This document shows positions 26,660 to 38,798 of a stretch of DNA of 64,000 nt, one piece after another. Positions within the stretch are counted from its first letter, which is position 1; each line of letters opens with the position of its first letter. The DNA is taken from the NCBI GenBank assembly GCA_977016875.1, contig CDRNST010000115.1, positions 186,001 through 250,000 on the forward strand, in the 5' to 3' direction. The notes beneath the pieces are model-generated. The model saw only the letters and a program-made list of their open reading frames with translations, did no database searches and was not told the DNA's origin. The stretch comes from Pavona decussata (Eukaryota). A program made the position numbers and the translations under genes.

Positions 26660-27159
26660 TTTCTCTCCCGGCAAATGTTGCCGGCACGTGGAATTGTGAG
26701 AGAAGATTTCTTTGCGGGAAATCTTCACCTCCTAAAATGACGTCACGACTTGACTCGTTCCAAGGCTCATTTTGGATCGATTACCCAGCCAGCCATGAGG
26801 GGCGTGGCTCAAGCGGACTTTTAAACTGAGATTTCAGGGCGAAAATGGGCCAGAATGTCAAAAAACAATTCAGGCACTTATTTACACATTATAAAGCTAC
26901 CAAAACAAGAAAAACCCCCACAGACCATGTAGACACTTTAATTTGCAGAAGATTTGGTCCCTCGCTTGAATCAAGACATCCATCTTTGCAAGGATGTCGT
27001 CAAGTTTGGTTGAAGAATCTGCCACGGAGTCGCTTGCCATCTCTTGTGTTTTGGTTTTAGATCTTGTTTGTCTAGTCATAAATGAGGTGAAACTCAGCTA
27101 GCTGGGAAACGTGAAGAGCTGGGAAGAGCCATCTATCCACATGGAGACATGTGCACCAA

Positions 27160-29005
27160 CCTGCTTAGACTGCAAACATGTCTTCAATGCTGTTACACAG
27201 CAGGCCAATAGTTGTCGTGATGGCATTCTTAGAGTCCTTAATTTTCACCCCAGAGGTGCAGTCTTCTAAGGGCTTTGCTGCTAAGACCCTTTCGGAATTG
27301 GAAACCCACTTCCTAGCATGGATACCTGCCTTCTCCCACAATGCCTTAAGTTGGTGGTACAGCTCAACACCTTGCTCCTCATTCTCAACGCTGTCAAGAT
27401 AGTCATCGATATAGGTCGACTTAAAAACAGTTTCTGTGGCCAGCAGATAACTTCCATAGGCGCTGAGTTCTTGCCTCAACATTCCGCCATAGAATTTGGA
27501 ACAGCGAGTGGTCCTTAGCTTCAATTTCAATTTGGAGGTACATTTCCTTAATGTGACAAACAAGAGTGACTGGGTTATTGCGGATGCGGATCAGAACATC
27601 AAACAACTCTCTCTGCAGCTTTGGTCCCACATGAATGAATCATTTAGAGAGATCCCATTACACTCTGTTGAGTGATCATAGACGATTCTGACCTTTGTGG
27701 TGGACTTGTTCATTCTGAGGATTGGGAAGTGGGGTAAGTACCATACTTCAGGGGATGGGTCTTCAGTCTTGGCAACCTTGTGAAGGTATCCTTTCTTCAC
27801 ATGTGCTTCAATAGTCTTTTCATATTCCTTCTAAACAAACACATTCTTCCTTAAGTTTTGCGCGATATTGCACAAACGGGACATAGCCATCTGGCGGTTG
27901 TGTGGCAATGTTGGTCTCTGCTCTTTCCATGGCACAGCAATACAGTATCTTCCATTGTTGTAATTTATGGAGCCACTCACTTTCTGTAGGGCTATCTTCT
28001 CGTCTTTAGTGTAGACTATAGGATCACCTGCCTCGGATCCATAATTCTAAACCTCCCAGAACCTCTTCAATGTTCGATCCAAATCACAGCAAACTCCAAC
28101 TCCAAAATTCTGCTCTACCTCTCTTGTCAGCAAGGTTCGGATAATGTGAGTCCTCGCTCCAGCCTCCATTTTACTGTCAGGACAACTGATGCAAGTCCAC
28201 CCAAGTGGACCCAAATGCGCTACTGGTTCTCCTGACTGCTGACTGGCCGCAGACATCAACACCAATCAGTGAATCGACCAGTCCCTCTTTGGGTAGAGAA
28301 GGGAACATGCACTGGGAAAGATGAGGCCACTTTTCTTGACTTGCCCTTTAGTCTTCGACCTTGTATCCACCAGTGACATTGCGTGGACGAGTCTTCACCA
28401 TAATCTGCTTGCCGAACTGGCCATTGACATTTTCTACCTAAATGGCCAGTGGCATGGAGAGGAAGGTTTTAACCGAGCTGTTTAGAACATTTACTTTCAC
28501 AGTGTGGTACAGCTCCTGCAATCTAAGGAATCCAGCCACTTCTTCATTCAGGAATGATTCGTTGGACGCATCTTCAAGGATGACATTTACTTTGACTTTT
28601 CTCCCTTGTGCCTTTACCCAGACTGGAATGGTCCGTAGGAAATAAGCCTTACTCATGAGCTTTGGATTGCACGTGGTCGTGGCTTGTGTTGCTGAACTAG
28701 ATGCCTCCTCCCGTGCAGCAAATGGGGGGTTAGTGTTTCCTTCCATGGCTGGCCTCATGGTTGCCATTGGATAACTCATTTCAGGTAAGCCCTTGTGAAG
28801 AAGTCGGTGGTGGCACAACTGACCACCATTAATCTGACATCGCTGTGACTTTCAGCAGTCAACCTTAATGCTCCTCAGCCAGGCAACAAAAACATGGTCG
28901 CATCTCCCTGGCAAGATGCCATCTTTCTTCACTGCCCTTCTTCTGAAATTGCCGGCATGACCCCACTCCATGGTAGGAAGAGCCACAGGAGGTACAAGGA
29001 TGCCT
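27160..29005 (-). mobile_element. BEL/Pao gag knuckle-protease-RT fragment, heavily decayed
   Basis: HHRLLH, ILEDASNESFL, LGPLGWT, LKRFWEV, WYLPHFPI, GPKLQRELFDVLIR, IKEMYLQI, TYIDD. Confidence 0.9.
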
Positions 29006-29006
29006 T

Positions 29007-29042
29007 AATAATAATAATAATAATAATAGTAATAATAATAAT
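29007..29042. repeat. (TAA)n microsatellite, possibly a retroelement tail
   Basis: Visible trinucleotide run. Confidence 0.9.
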
Positions 29043-29899
29043 CTTTTATTAGGAAGCTTCCATCACGTAACATGGTTTGGGTAAGTTATTTTAAGTGACT
29101 TGCAGGGCTTCGAATTTATCACCTACCATGGCATTCTCATTGTAAACAATGGCGTGACATAGCCGGTCACCGCGAACTATGAAAGCCAAAAGAGAGTCAA
29201 AAACGTGCATCATTTTGAGAGTTTAAGCTACGGAAACTAAGCCGATACCTTAATTAACAATCCAACATAAGATTTGGGCATTTTCTTCATCTAATCGTGC
29301 TCGATGTGTCGATGACGAGTTCATTTTCTAGTATTTCATGATCATTTCATGCACGTTTTAACAAGAATTTAGCATTGAATTCTTCATTTACCCGCACTGG
29401 GGTTATTTCTGTACTCTTACCCTCTGAATCAAGAGAACTTTGACAAAACAATCCAGTTTACGAATTAATAAATATTTCTATATTATAAATAACTGGCAAG
29501 CTACACGGTTGCGTGACAACCATGAACCGGAAGTGTCACCATAAAGATTTGTATGTTTCAATGTCTTCTTCTCCCGTGATGATTTGAAATTGGGGGATAA
29601 AGACGATTTTAAGTGACTTGTTTTCGTAACTAATGTCCGTTTGCTTCCATACTTTCGCACACAAAATAAATACCCAGAAACTAGCAAATTATATTCGAAG
29701 TTCAACAAAACATTTTAAATGCCGTCAAATTAGGTGGGTATGTTAATTGTCCCCCTTAACTCATCCACACCTGATAAAGAGGAAACGACTTCTTTCTGGA
29801 GAGACACGGAAAAGAACTAAAACAACATTGTGTCAACAATTTTAAGTCAAGAAGTAGCAAAAAGTACATGCTACGGCTCCTATACATTTGGTATTTCTT

Positions 29900-30821
29900 G
29901 GCGTTTTCCATTTACCAAGATACTCCGGAAATTCAGGAACATACTTATTTTGGTTCGTTCCACTGAAACCTTTTCCGGAAAGAATGGAACTTGTGAAAAA
30001 ATAGTCTCGTTTTCCCGTTGGAAACTTTTCCAATGGAACTGCGTGTTCCATTTATGAGTTTCACCAGGTTTGACCAGTTCCAGACCGTTCATGACCATAT
30101 CTTCGGTAAGGAAATATGGCGGCTTCTTCTACTCCCTCGGTGACTTTTCTATCCTTGAGTAGTACTTTATACAAACGTTTGGTGTGTCATGGCCTCGCTC
30201 CAGATTTTCAAACGTTAATTAATCACAACTGTGCCATGTATGTCAGTGGTAAGTAGCATTTATGGAAGAAAACATTACATCTCACCCTTGGGTTCTTTGA
30301 GTGTTCCGATTTTTTCCCGCATTGAAGCCTAAAATTTTGCATCTGTAATTAAACAAGGTCTTTTGTCATTCACCCTTTCACAGCAGCTGTTTCAAGTGCG
30401 TGTCGTTGATCATTAGGAGCTCTTCCTGTGGCTTGTACTTCTGTGCACTGAGCTTCAATGGCCCCTCAAATCATCCTGGAGTGGCTTTTAAATTCATCAA
30501 TCGTATAAGCTTATCTATATCGCGGCAAAATATTTTCATAAAAACCTTGATTTTGGTGAAGATTGCGTCTCATATAGGCTGCAATCGTCGCCAGGATAGG
30601 AATGTCATCATCATTTTTTGAATTTATGAGACTCTCTTCTTTCAAAGACTGACTCTACACTTTCGTTTAATCGCAACAATTGTGCATTTTGGGTGTGGAA
30701 TACATTGGACAGAGAAGGAAATGGATGGAACACGTGTTAAATGGAACACATTCTTCACCGATTAACATTTCCCACCAAAATTCTCGGAATTTTCCGGAAT
30801 CTTTTGGTAAATGGAAAACGC
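29900..30821 (-). mobile_element. Harbinger-type deletion derivative
   Basis: TIR ggcgttttccatttacca / tggtaaatggaaaacgcc. Minus-strand remnant GFYENILPRY...DEFKSHSRM resembles a Harbinger transposase N-terminus. TSD not clean. Confidence 0.7.
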
Positions 30822-32496
30822 CCGCTGTCACGGTCTACCTTCTCTCCTATTTATCCAGGAATACCGTAAACTGCCTCTTATAAGCCCTAGGGCCCGTTTC
30901 TCGAAAGTCCCAGTATCTTACTGGGCCCGATAAGTGTCTTTTATGATAAATGTTTCTCAACAGATAAGCCCAAATCGTCATCGTCTTCATGTTTCCTGGC
31001 TTTGAAAATGTGGCCGAATGGGCAAGAATAAGCTGAACCTCGTTCCATACATCTTGAAAACCATAACAGGACTTGTGCTGCTCAATATTCTTTGTACAGG
31101 ACAGCAGAGGTACTATCTCTCTGGACCTTGTTCTGCCTGCGATCTGAAATGAACATGGCCCACCAACTATCGACGTAAACCAACAGCAAACTTCCATGCT
31201 CGCGGTTTTGTTTACAGTTCCTTACTGTTTCTCTGGTGTAATAATAATTCAATTTATTCATAGGTCCTAAAATGGAATTAGGACGTTCAAAAATCTAATT
31301 AGTTAATTACGTACATCTTCACATAAAGAATATTTTAGGATCAAAAAGCGCAGCAAAATAACATTATTAATAACACGAGTATTGACTACTATCTTGGTCT
31401 CATTAAATTTGTTATGGCCTTTATTGTTATTACTTTTTCCCTTAGAAACGTTCAGAATTCTGTCTTGTTTTTTTGTTGTTGTTGTTGTTGTTGAGTGTGC
31501 GTGTGCTTTCTTTTGCAAATTTTTAAAATTAATAAACTAAATCACGCAGTTTTTGCATAATCACGAGCTCTCATTTTTAGATGTTTGAAGATTGGAAAAC
31601 TCTATAGATGATGTTTTTAAAAACGGTAATGGACATATGAATAGGTTTAATATTTTCATTCTCAGTGAGATTTGATTGTTGAATTATACCTTGTAATTGG
31701 TAATCACGCAAATTGTAGAAAGGAAGTTGATTGTGATGAGCAATATTGTTTTTATGTAGCTGAGAATCGAACTTTGTTGTGATTACTGCATTATTAGTAT
31801 CTTTAAAACAAAAAATCATCTGTTTACCATGTAACTCTAAATTGCTTAAATCGATCCGGCTTTGCAGCTCCTTGACCCTGGGGTCATCTTTCAGTTTGTA
31901 TTTCAGTTTTCCATTGGTGAACCAGGCACTTTCTACTGAATCCCTGTTCCTTAATTCTTTTAGTCACTTGGCAAGATCACTGGTCATGTCTTCCATTATT
32001 AATAAGGGTTTTCCTTCCAACTGTCGCCGTTTGATCAAGATTCTAGTTTTAGTCTTGTTGGACACGAATTAGACTATCACTAGTGTAGCCGCTGCTAATC
32101 ACTCAGCTCTCTACTTTATCACTTTATTTGATATCTTCACCATTGCAAACTCATCCCGACGGTAAACAAATCTGTACCAGAACGGTTCTTGAAATACAAA
32201 GATTAAATAAAAGATGTTAAAAATAATACTACAAGTAAACGACACGGAATAAACAACTGAGAAACAATAGAAAACGAACGGCTAACACAAGAACGTACCT
32301 TATCGGTGATTCTACAGAAAATAAAACAAGACGAGAAGAACGGCGAGACACAACTATACAATACTGAAAATGATGCGCACACTGAAAACTTATGCAAAGA
32401 AAACTGGCTTAAAAAGGGTAAAAAGGAGTGACAGAAAGGCTATTTACATACATAATGATCTATAAAGGTGTGGGGGCGAAAGGTATGAAAGATGTA

Positions 32497-33789
32497 CAGT
32501 ACTGTGCAAAAGTAATGAGAGCAAATTTCGACGAAATTCGGCGAAAAGTAGCGAAAAACAGCGAAATTTCGTAGGACACGAAACTTGAACGAATCTTCTG
32601 CGAATTTTCGAAGCCGCCATTGTTTTGACACTCTCGAAATTACGGCCTTGTCGGTGAAATACAACTTCGAGCGGCATTTCGAAATTTCGGAAGGTCAGTC
32701 GAATTTTCAAAGAGGAATTCAATTTTTCGAGAGAAAGGTATCGAATTTTCGGCAAACGATTCTCTTAAAATGACGCCTTAAGCTACAGTAATGAAACCTC
32801 GAGTGAATTGAGTATATTAACAACAATAGATGGATATGTCATCATGGCAACCGTAGTTCAAGAGAGAAGTCTGGGCACCTGATACCATCGCTCACATGAA
32901 TGTAAACAAAATGTCACGCAGTTTGTTTTATTCCGGTTTATCTGAGGAGGATTCCACATCTTACGAAGGTGTTTGGCAAACTTTAATATGAGAAAACCTT
33001 TACCCAGAACAGAAACGGAAAGTCCACTGGATAAATTTGCCGTTGCAGGTGATAAAATTGACAACGCACAGTCGGCTGTTCGCTTCACGATTGCTTTCTT
33101 GTGTTGTCGCACGTGGCGGAAGGAACAGTGCCTCAGCGCTTTTTGTTTGTATCCTTTTTAATAACATCTACCAGATTAAGTGCCCCACATCCCCGTCAAT
33201 GTTTATGCACATCGTGGTTTTGAACCCAAATTTGAAACCTTTACATAATTATCCGCGTTTTGCGGTATTTGAGTCGACAAAGATGCCCGATTTGAAAGTC
33301 ACGATCTTTTGCCAGATTAAATCTCATTCAACTAAAATGGGGTTTTTAGCCGATGTGAAGTTTATCTCTACATGTATGTATGTCGCAAACAACTTTCCTA
33401 CTGTAGAGCAAAAGAAATATGCGCAGTAGAATGAAAACGAACACAGTTCATGCATGTCACAGCGTAGGCTTCAGGTGATACAGTGTAATGTTTAGCTTAC
33501 TGTCCGTACGTCACGAAATTTCCATGTTACTTTCGTTTCTTCGAAAATTCCTCGATGTTTCCTCTCGTTTATGCGAAAATTCTTCGCTATTTCGCTCGTT
33601 CGAAACTTCGTTTCATCGCAGTTTCGTTAGCTTTTCCGAATTTTCGATTTCCACACAACATTTTCTTCGAAAGTTCATCGAATTTCCGAAGAAAGATCGC
33701 GAAATATCGTTTGAAATTTCCTTGAAAATTCGTGAGAACAAAGGACGAATTTCGACGAATTTTGCTCTCATTACTTTTGCACAGTACTG
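32497..33789. mobile_element. Non-autonomous Tc1/mariner-type element inserted in the 3' LTR
   Basis: TIR cagtactgtgcaaaagtaatgagagcaaa at both ends, with TA duplicated. The other LTR shows the empty site (gaaagatgTAgcacac). Confidence 0.92.
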
Positions 33790-33974
33790 TAGCACACACA
33801 AATAAAACAAAAGTAGGTGAAAATTAGCCGCGCAGAAAAAGCTATAACTCGCTGTAACACACCGGCCCCCGAAAGGCGCATATAAGAAAGCCTTTCCAAA
33901 AAAAACTAAGGTGTTCATAATGTCTGAGTTCAGTTATTTAACATCACTGTCCAGGTTAGTCTCTTTCAAATAAA

Positions 33975-36900
33975 GCCCCTTCTAAAAGGCAAAGTTTCCG
34001 CACGTCGCGTCGTAGAACCGAGGAGGCCGTCCTGACCAAGACCTGTCTCACGAAACTGGCTTGTCAGGAAATACTTCTTGAACAATACCCTTTGGCCAAA
34101 ATCCGCGAGGCGAAGCTTCGTCAACGACTAGAACCAAGTCACCAACAGCCAAGCTTGGGCGTGGACGGAACCATTTCTGTTTTAGCTGAAGAGCCAGTAT
34201 GTATTCGCGTATCCAACGCTTCCAAAACACATCAGCTAAATAATGTGCTTGCTTCCAACGCTTAGACGCATAAGACACGACATCACCGGTTTCTGTTGGA
34301 GACTGACAGACATTTGGACGAAGCAATAGCAACTTGCTCGGGGTCAAGGGTTCGAGGTCCTGCGGGTCACTAGACGGTGGCGTGAGAGGGTGATCGTTAA
34401 GGATCTTCTCAACTTCTGCCATGAAAGTAAGGAGAGTCTCATCATCGACCAGTTGAACGCCTAAGAGTGAGCGGAAAATCTTGCGTATGGAACAGATTAT
34501 TCTTTCTCAGACTCCGCCAGCATGACTTGCTAACGGTGGATTGAAGTGCCAAGTAACGCCTCGTCTTCTAAGACAATTGTCGATTCGGTCGATGTTCCAT
34601 TTCTCCAAGGCGGTCTTAATTTCTACTTCTGCTCCTCTGAAGTTGGTTCCATTGTCACTAAAGACTTCAACTGGTGAACCGCGTCCGCTGACGAATTTAG
34701 AGAACGCTTGTATAAAGGAATCGCTGGTAAGGTCGTGCGCAATCTCGATATGTACTGCTGGGACAGCTAAACACGTGAACAGACACCCATATCTCTTCAC
34801 ATGACTTCGTTTTAACTTGACAAGAATTGGGCCGAAGTAATCCACTCCCACTGAAGAGAACGGAGGCGACTGTGGGGTAACCCTTGCTCTGGGAAGAGGT
34901 GCCATTACTTGCTGACATGGAGCGGCATTCCATTGACGACACTTCAAACATTTCCCAACAACACGACGAACAGCAGAATGTCCCTGAAGGATCCAAAATT
35001 TTCGTCTAATGCTGGAGAGGACTTGGTTTGCACCCACATGGCCTTCTGCTTCGTGATACTCTTTAACAATTAGGTCGGTGACGTAATTCTTGCCGGGCAG
35101 AATCATTGGGTGTTTGGCGTCGAAACTAATAGGTGCCCTTTCAAGACGTCCTCCGACGCATATGATACCATTATGGATGAACGGACTCAGCTTACGTAGA
35201 GGACTGAGGTAACCCACGCATGCGAATCTCTTTCTGGATGGACGTGAGAGGCTTGAATCTAGAGAACTTGCTGAACGCTCCTTGGACAGAATTTCTAACT
35301 CTTTCGGGAAAGATTGGGCTTGTCGCACGGGAGATTTCTCCAACCGTCAAATTGCCCACTCGTGGTGCTTTCTTGGACACACGTGACTGAAGGTATTCTC
35401 GGAAACGTAACAACCAGGCGAAGGATGCATGAAGCTTGTTAAAGGAGGAGTGTGTCCGAAGTAGGCGCTCGAGGATGGCTTCTCTTAACACTAAGTGGAT
35501 TTGTGGCTTTTTCCTTTTCAATTCTGGATCCTCTTCACAACAATCAAGTATCTGGAAAGGGGATTGTGGCCATTCACTCTCATGTCTGCGGAGGAAGGCT
35601 GGACCATTAAGCCAACTTTCAAACTTCTCTGTCTCTAGAATTGACAAACCACATGAAGCCTAGTCTGCAGGATTGTACTGTGAGTCCACGTACCGCCACT
35701 GACATGGTGAGGACGCATCGTGAATTATCGACAATCTGTTAGCCACAAACGTCTGGAACCTCCTTGCCTCGTTACGGATGTACTGAAGGACTATAGTAGA
35801 GTCTGTCCAGAACACAGTTTTGTGAACTTGAAGGTCAAGCTCGTCTTCGAGGAACTTATGCAATTTCACAGCTACGGTTGCAGCGGTCAGCTCCATTCGA
35901 GGAATTGTGATAGTTTTCAAGGGTGCTACCCGTGCCTTTCCAAGGAGTAATCCACTGTGAACATGACCTGAAACATCTACAAGCCGGATATACGATGCTG
36001 CACCGTATCCTTTCTCCGATGCATCGCTGAAGTGGTGCAGTTGAACATTAGGGAGGTTGCCAAACCCTCGAGGCTTCATACAACATGGCCAGCTAACAAG
36101 CTTCAGTTTTGGAAGATTATCAACCCCACCATGCCACTCCGTTAGCTTCTCATCAGGAATTTGATCGTCCCAGCCGAAGTCTTGCTTGCACAGTTCTTGA
36201 AGGATCATCTTGGCCGGCAATACAAGAGGGGCTGCGAATCCTAGCGGATCGTACACACCAGAAACCAAGGACAATATCCCCCTTCTAGTATCAGCAACTT
36301 CTTTCTCGGAGACACGGAAGCTTAATGTGTCCTTCTCGACATTCCACTGGGTTCCCAAGGCTCGATCAATAGGCAAATCTTCAAAATCTAGAGTCATCAC
36401 AGACGGTGCCCGCTCTGAAGCCGGTATAAACTCAAGAACTTCTCGGCAATTGCTTATCCACTTTGTAAGATGAAACCCGCCTTAAGAAAGCAGGTCCGTC
36501 AATTGGCGCACCAATCTTTTCGCATCAGGAACTGGGACCACCGACTTCAAGCAACCATCGACGTAGAAGCTGCGATAAACTGTGTCAACGGTCTGGACGT
36601 CAAATTCACTTTGATTATCATGTGCCGTTTTCCTGAGGGCGAAACTGGCACAACATGGTGATGATTTGGCGCCAAATAGATGTACTAACATCTGATGATC
36701 AACAAGGTTGTTTGAAGGATTGCCATCTTCCCACCAAAGAAACCGCAGGGCATGACAGTTGTCCGGTGCCACAAGTACCTGGTGGAACATCCGCTGTATG
36801 TCCGACATTAGTGCCATGGGTTCTTGCCGGAATCTGAGTAGAACACCTGTGAGATTATTCGTAAGATCCGGACCTTGGAGGAGTTGATCGCACAATGATG

Positions 36901-38253
36901 TGTTTCTGGCCAAAATTCTTTTGCAAGATATCTTTCGCTTCGTGGTATCCTTGCCCCGGAGGCAAATAACACAGTTCTCGATGGCATCTTTTGCGACACC
37001 TGAGCAAAACTGGACTGGTAGGACAGTCTTTCATCGTCCGCATTAACTCTACGTTCCACATTGATTTCAAAGCTCTTTATAAAGCGAGGATACTTCCCAG
37101 GATCGCCATCAAATGAGATAACTTCTCTTTTCGGCATTTCGAGCCTTTCGAGGCCAGAGGACAAGTAGCGGACTGTTTTTTCCTGCTGTTGGCTCAAAAG
37201 GCGCTGAAGGTCTGAGGGTTCAATAACTGCTTCGTTTTTCTTATGATCTCTGGAGTCTTTATTTGGTACGACTGCTGGTAGCTCGCGTGACTTAGCTAGA
37301 AAACCAGACGAGAGTTCATGAGCTTGTCCAGGATCCCTTTCACAAGACTGAAGATATTTTCCAATGGCTTCATCAGGCGTCTGTTTTGGCAATTGATTAA
37401 AGGACTCAAATACGCGCTCGGAATCGCTGCAAAAATCCACCTCGATCTGTGCCTGGTCAGCCTCAAATCTGGCCTTAAACAGCTCCTTTTCCTTGTCTAG
37501 ATGCTGCCTCTCGTGCTCTAACTGTTGCAGACGATTTAGGAGCCTTAGTTCCTCTTCAACTTTCTTCACTTGAAGTCTGGCCTTCGCAAGCTTTACCTTG
37601 GACGACTGCGAAGCTTTGCTAACTCTCGAGCTACCTCGTGAATGGCCGGTGAAAGAACGGGTAAGCCAAACTGAATCGTTATCTGGAAACATATCATGCG
37701 GAATATCGCGTGAACTCTGTGGTGCTGCATCTCGAGGGATCTCGAGAGAAGGGCGTGGGATACCCTCGCGTGGGTATCCCTCGCGAGGACTCTCGCACGA
37801 AGAAGGGTGTGGCTGATTTCCCACGAACACACTGTCACGAGGAACCACGCGTGGGCCCTCACGCGGAGCGGGATCCAATTCGGGACGTGAAGTTGCCGAT
37901 TCGCACGACTTACTAAACCACCGAGCAAATTCCTGGTCAAAAAGGCCTTTCGTTTCTATTTCACGCATATGATCTTGCAACGCCCGTTCGTGCTCGTCTG
38001 AAACTGTCAATAACTGTAACAAATCTTTTGCCTTCGCGTTATACCTCATAAATAAACCGTCCAGCGTACATTTCTTGTCTAAAACTTCCACAAGACTTCC
38101 ACTATTCGAAAACAACCACTCCAATTCTTTGTATGACCTTGTTAAGTGACATCTGTAGGCTGATAACGATCGTCTAAGTTGATTAATCTGACCCTCATCC
38201 AACAACGCGCAACTCGACGTTCGCTGCGTAAATCCTGACCCGCCTTCTGCCAT
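33975..38253 (-). pseudogene. BEL/Pao gag-pol remnants: gag, partial RT, RNase H, integrase, DUF5641
   Basis: [78 protein letters not shown]. Several frameshifts and stops. Confidence 0.93.
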
Positions 38254-38317
38254 AATGGAACTTGATTCAGCAAGGAAGGGAAACTCCGCTAATAATCCGT
38301 CGTATCGATAAGAACCA

Positions 38318-38798
38318 TGTAGCCGCTGCTAATCACTCAGCTCTCTACTTTATCACTTTATTTGATATCTTCGCCATTGCAAACTCATCCCGACGGTAAA
38401 CAAATTCGTACCAGAACGGTTCTTGAAATACAAAGATTAAATGAAAGATGTTAAAAATAATACTACAAGTAAACGACATGGAATAAACAACTGAGAAACA
38501 ATAGAAAGCGAACGACTAACACAAGAACGTACCTTATCGGTGATTCTACAGAAAATAAACCAAGACGGGTAGAACGGCGAGACACAACTATACAATACTG
38601 AAAATGATGCGCACACTGAAAACTTATGCAAAGAAAACTGGCTTAAAAAGGGTAAAAAGGAGTGACAGAAAGGCTATTTACATACATAATGATCTATAAA
38701 GGTGTGGGGGCGAAAGGTATGAAAGATGTAGCACACACAAATAAAACAAAAGTAGGTGAAAATTAGCTGCGCAGAAAAAGCTATAACTCGCTGTAACA
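38318..38798 (-). repeat. 5' LTR (481 bp)
   Basis: Direct repeat of 32084-32496 plus 33792-33859, with about 11 mismatches by eye. Confidence 0.95.

Larger units (their letters stand above)
16907..26937 (-). mobile_element. Kolobok DNA transposon with both ends, ~10 kb
   Basis: ~150-bp TIRs (16907-17056 vs 26787-26937), AG...CT termini, TTAA at 16903-16906 and 26938-26941, and two convergent spliced genes (THAP-DDE transposase and KolX). Confidence 0.92.
16229..27041 (-). pseudogene. LINE ORF1-like relic split by the Kolobok insertion (16229-16906 and 26938-27041)
   Basis: Removing the Kolobok and one TTAA joins MASDSVADSSTKLDDILAKMD...IFCK to LNKVKQIQSSIVKDVDELKK. Downstream PRPIHVCLLRYTDK and VFISDD are ORF1-like. 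Confidence 0.7.
32084..38798 (-). mobile_element. BEL/Pao LTR retrotransposon with both LTRs, internally deleted
   Basis: LTRs 38318-38798 and 32084-33859 (the latter interrupted), TG...CA ends, TSD ACTAG (32079-32083 and 38799-38803), PBS-like TGG next to the 5' LTR, G-rich tract next to the 3' LTR. Confidence 0.95.

Noticed and set aside
32203-32397. Duplicated 64-aa hydrophobic ORF (also 38437-38631)
   Set aside because: Both copies lie within the LTRs; no coding evidence.
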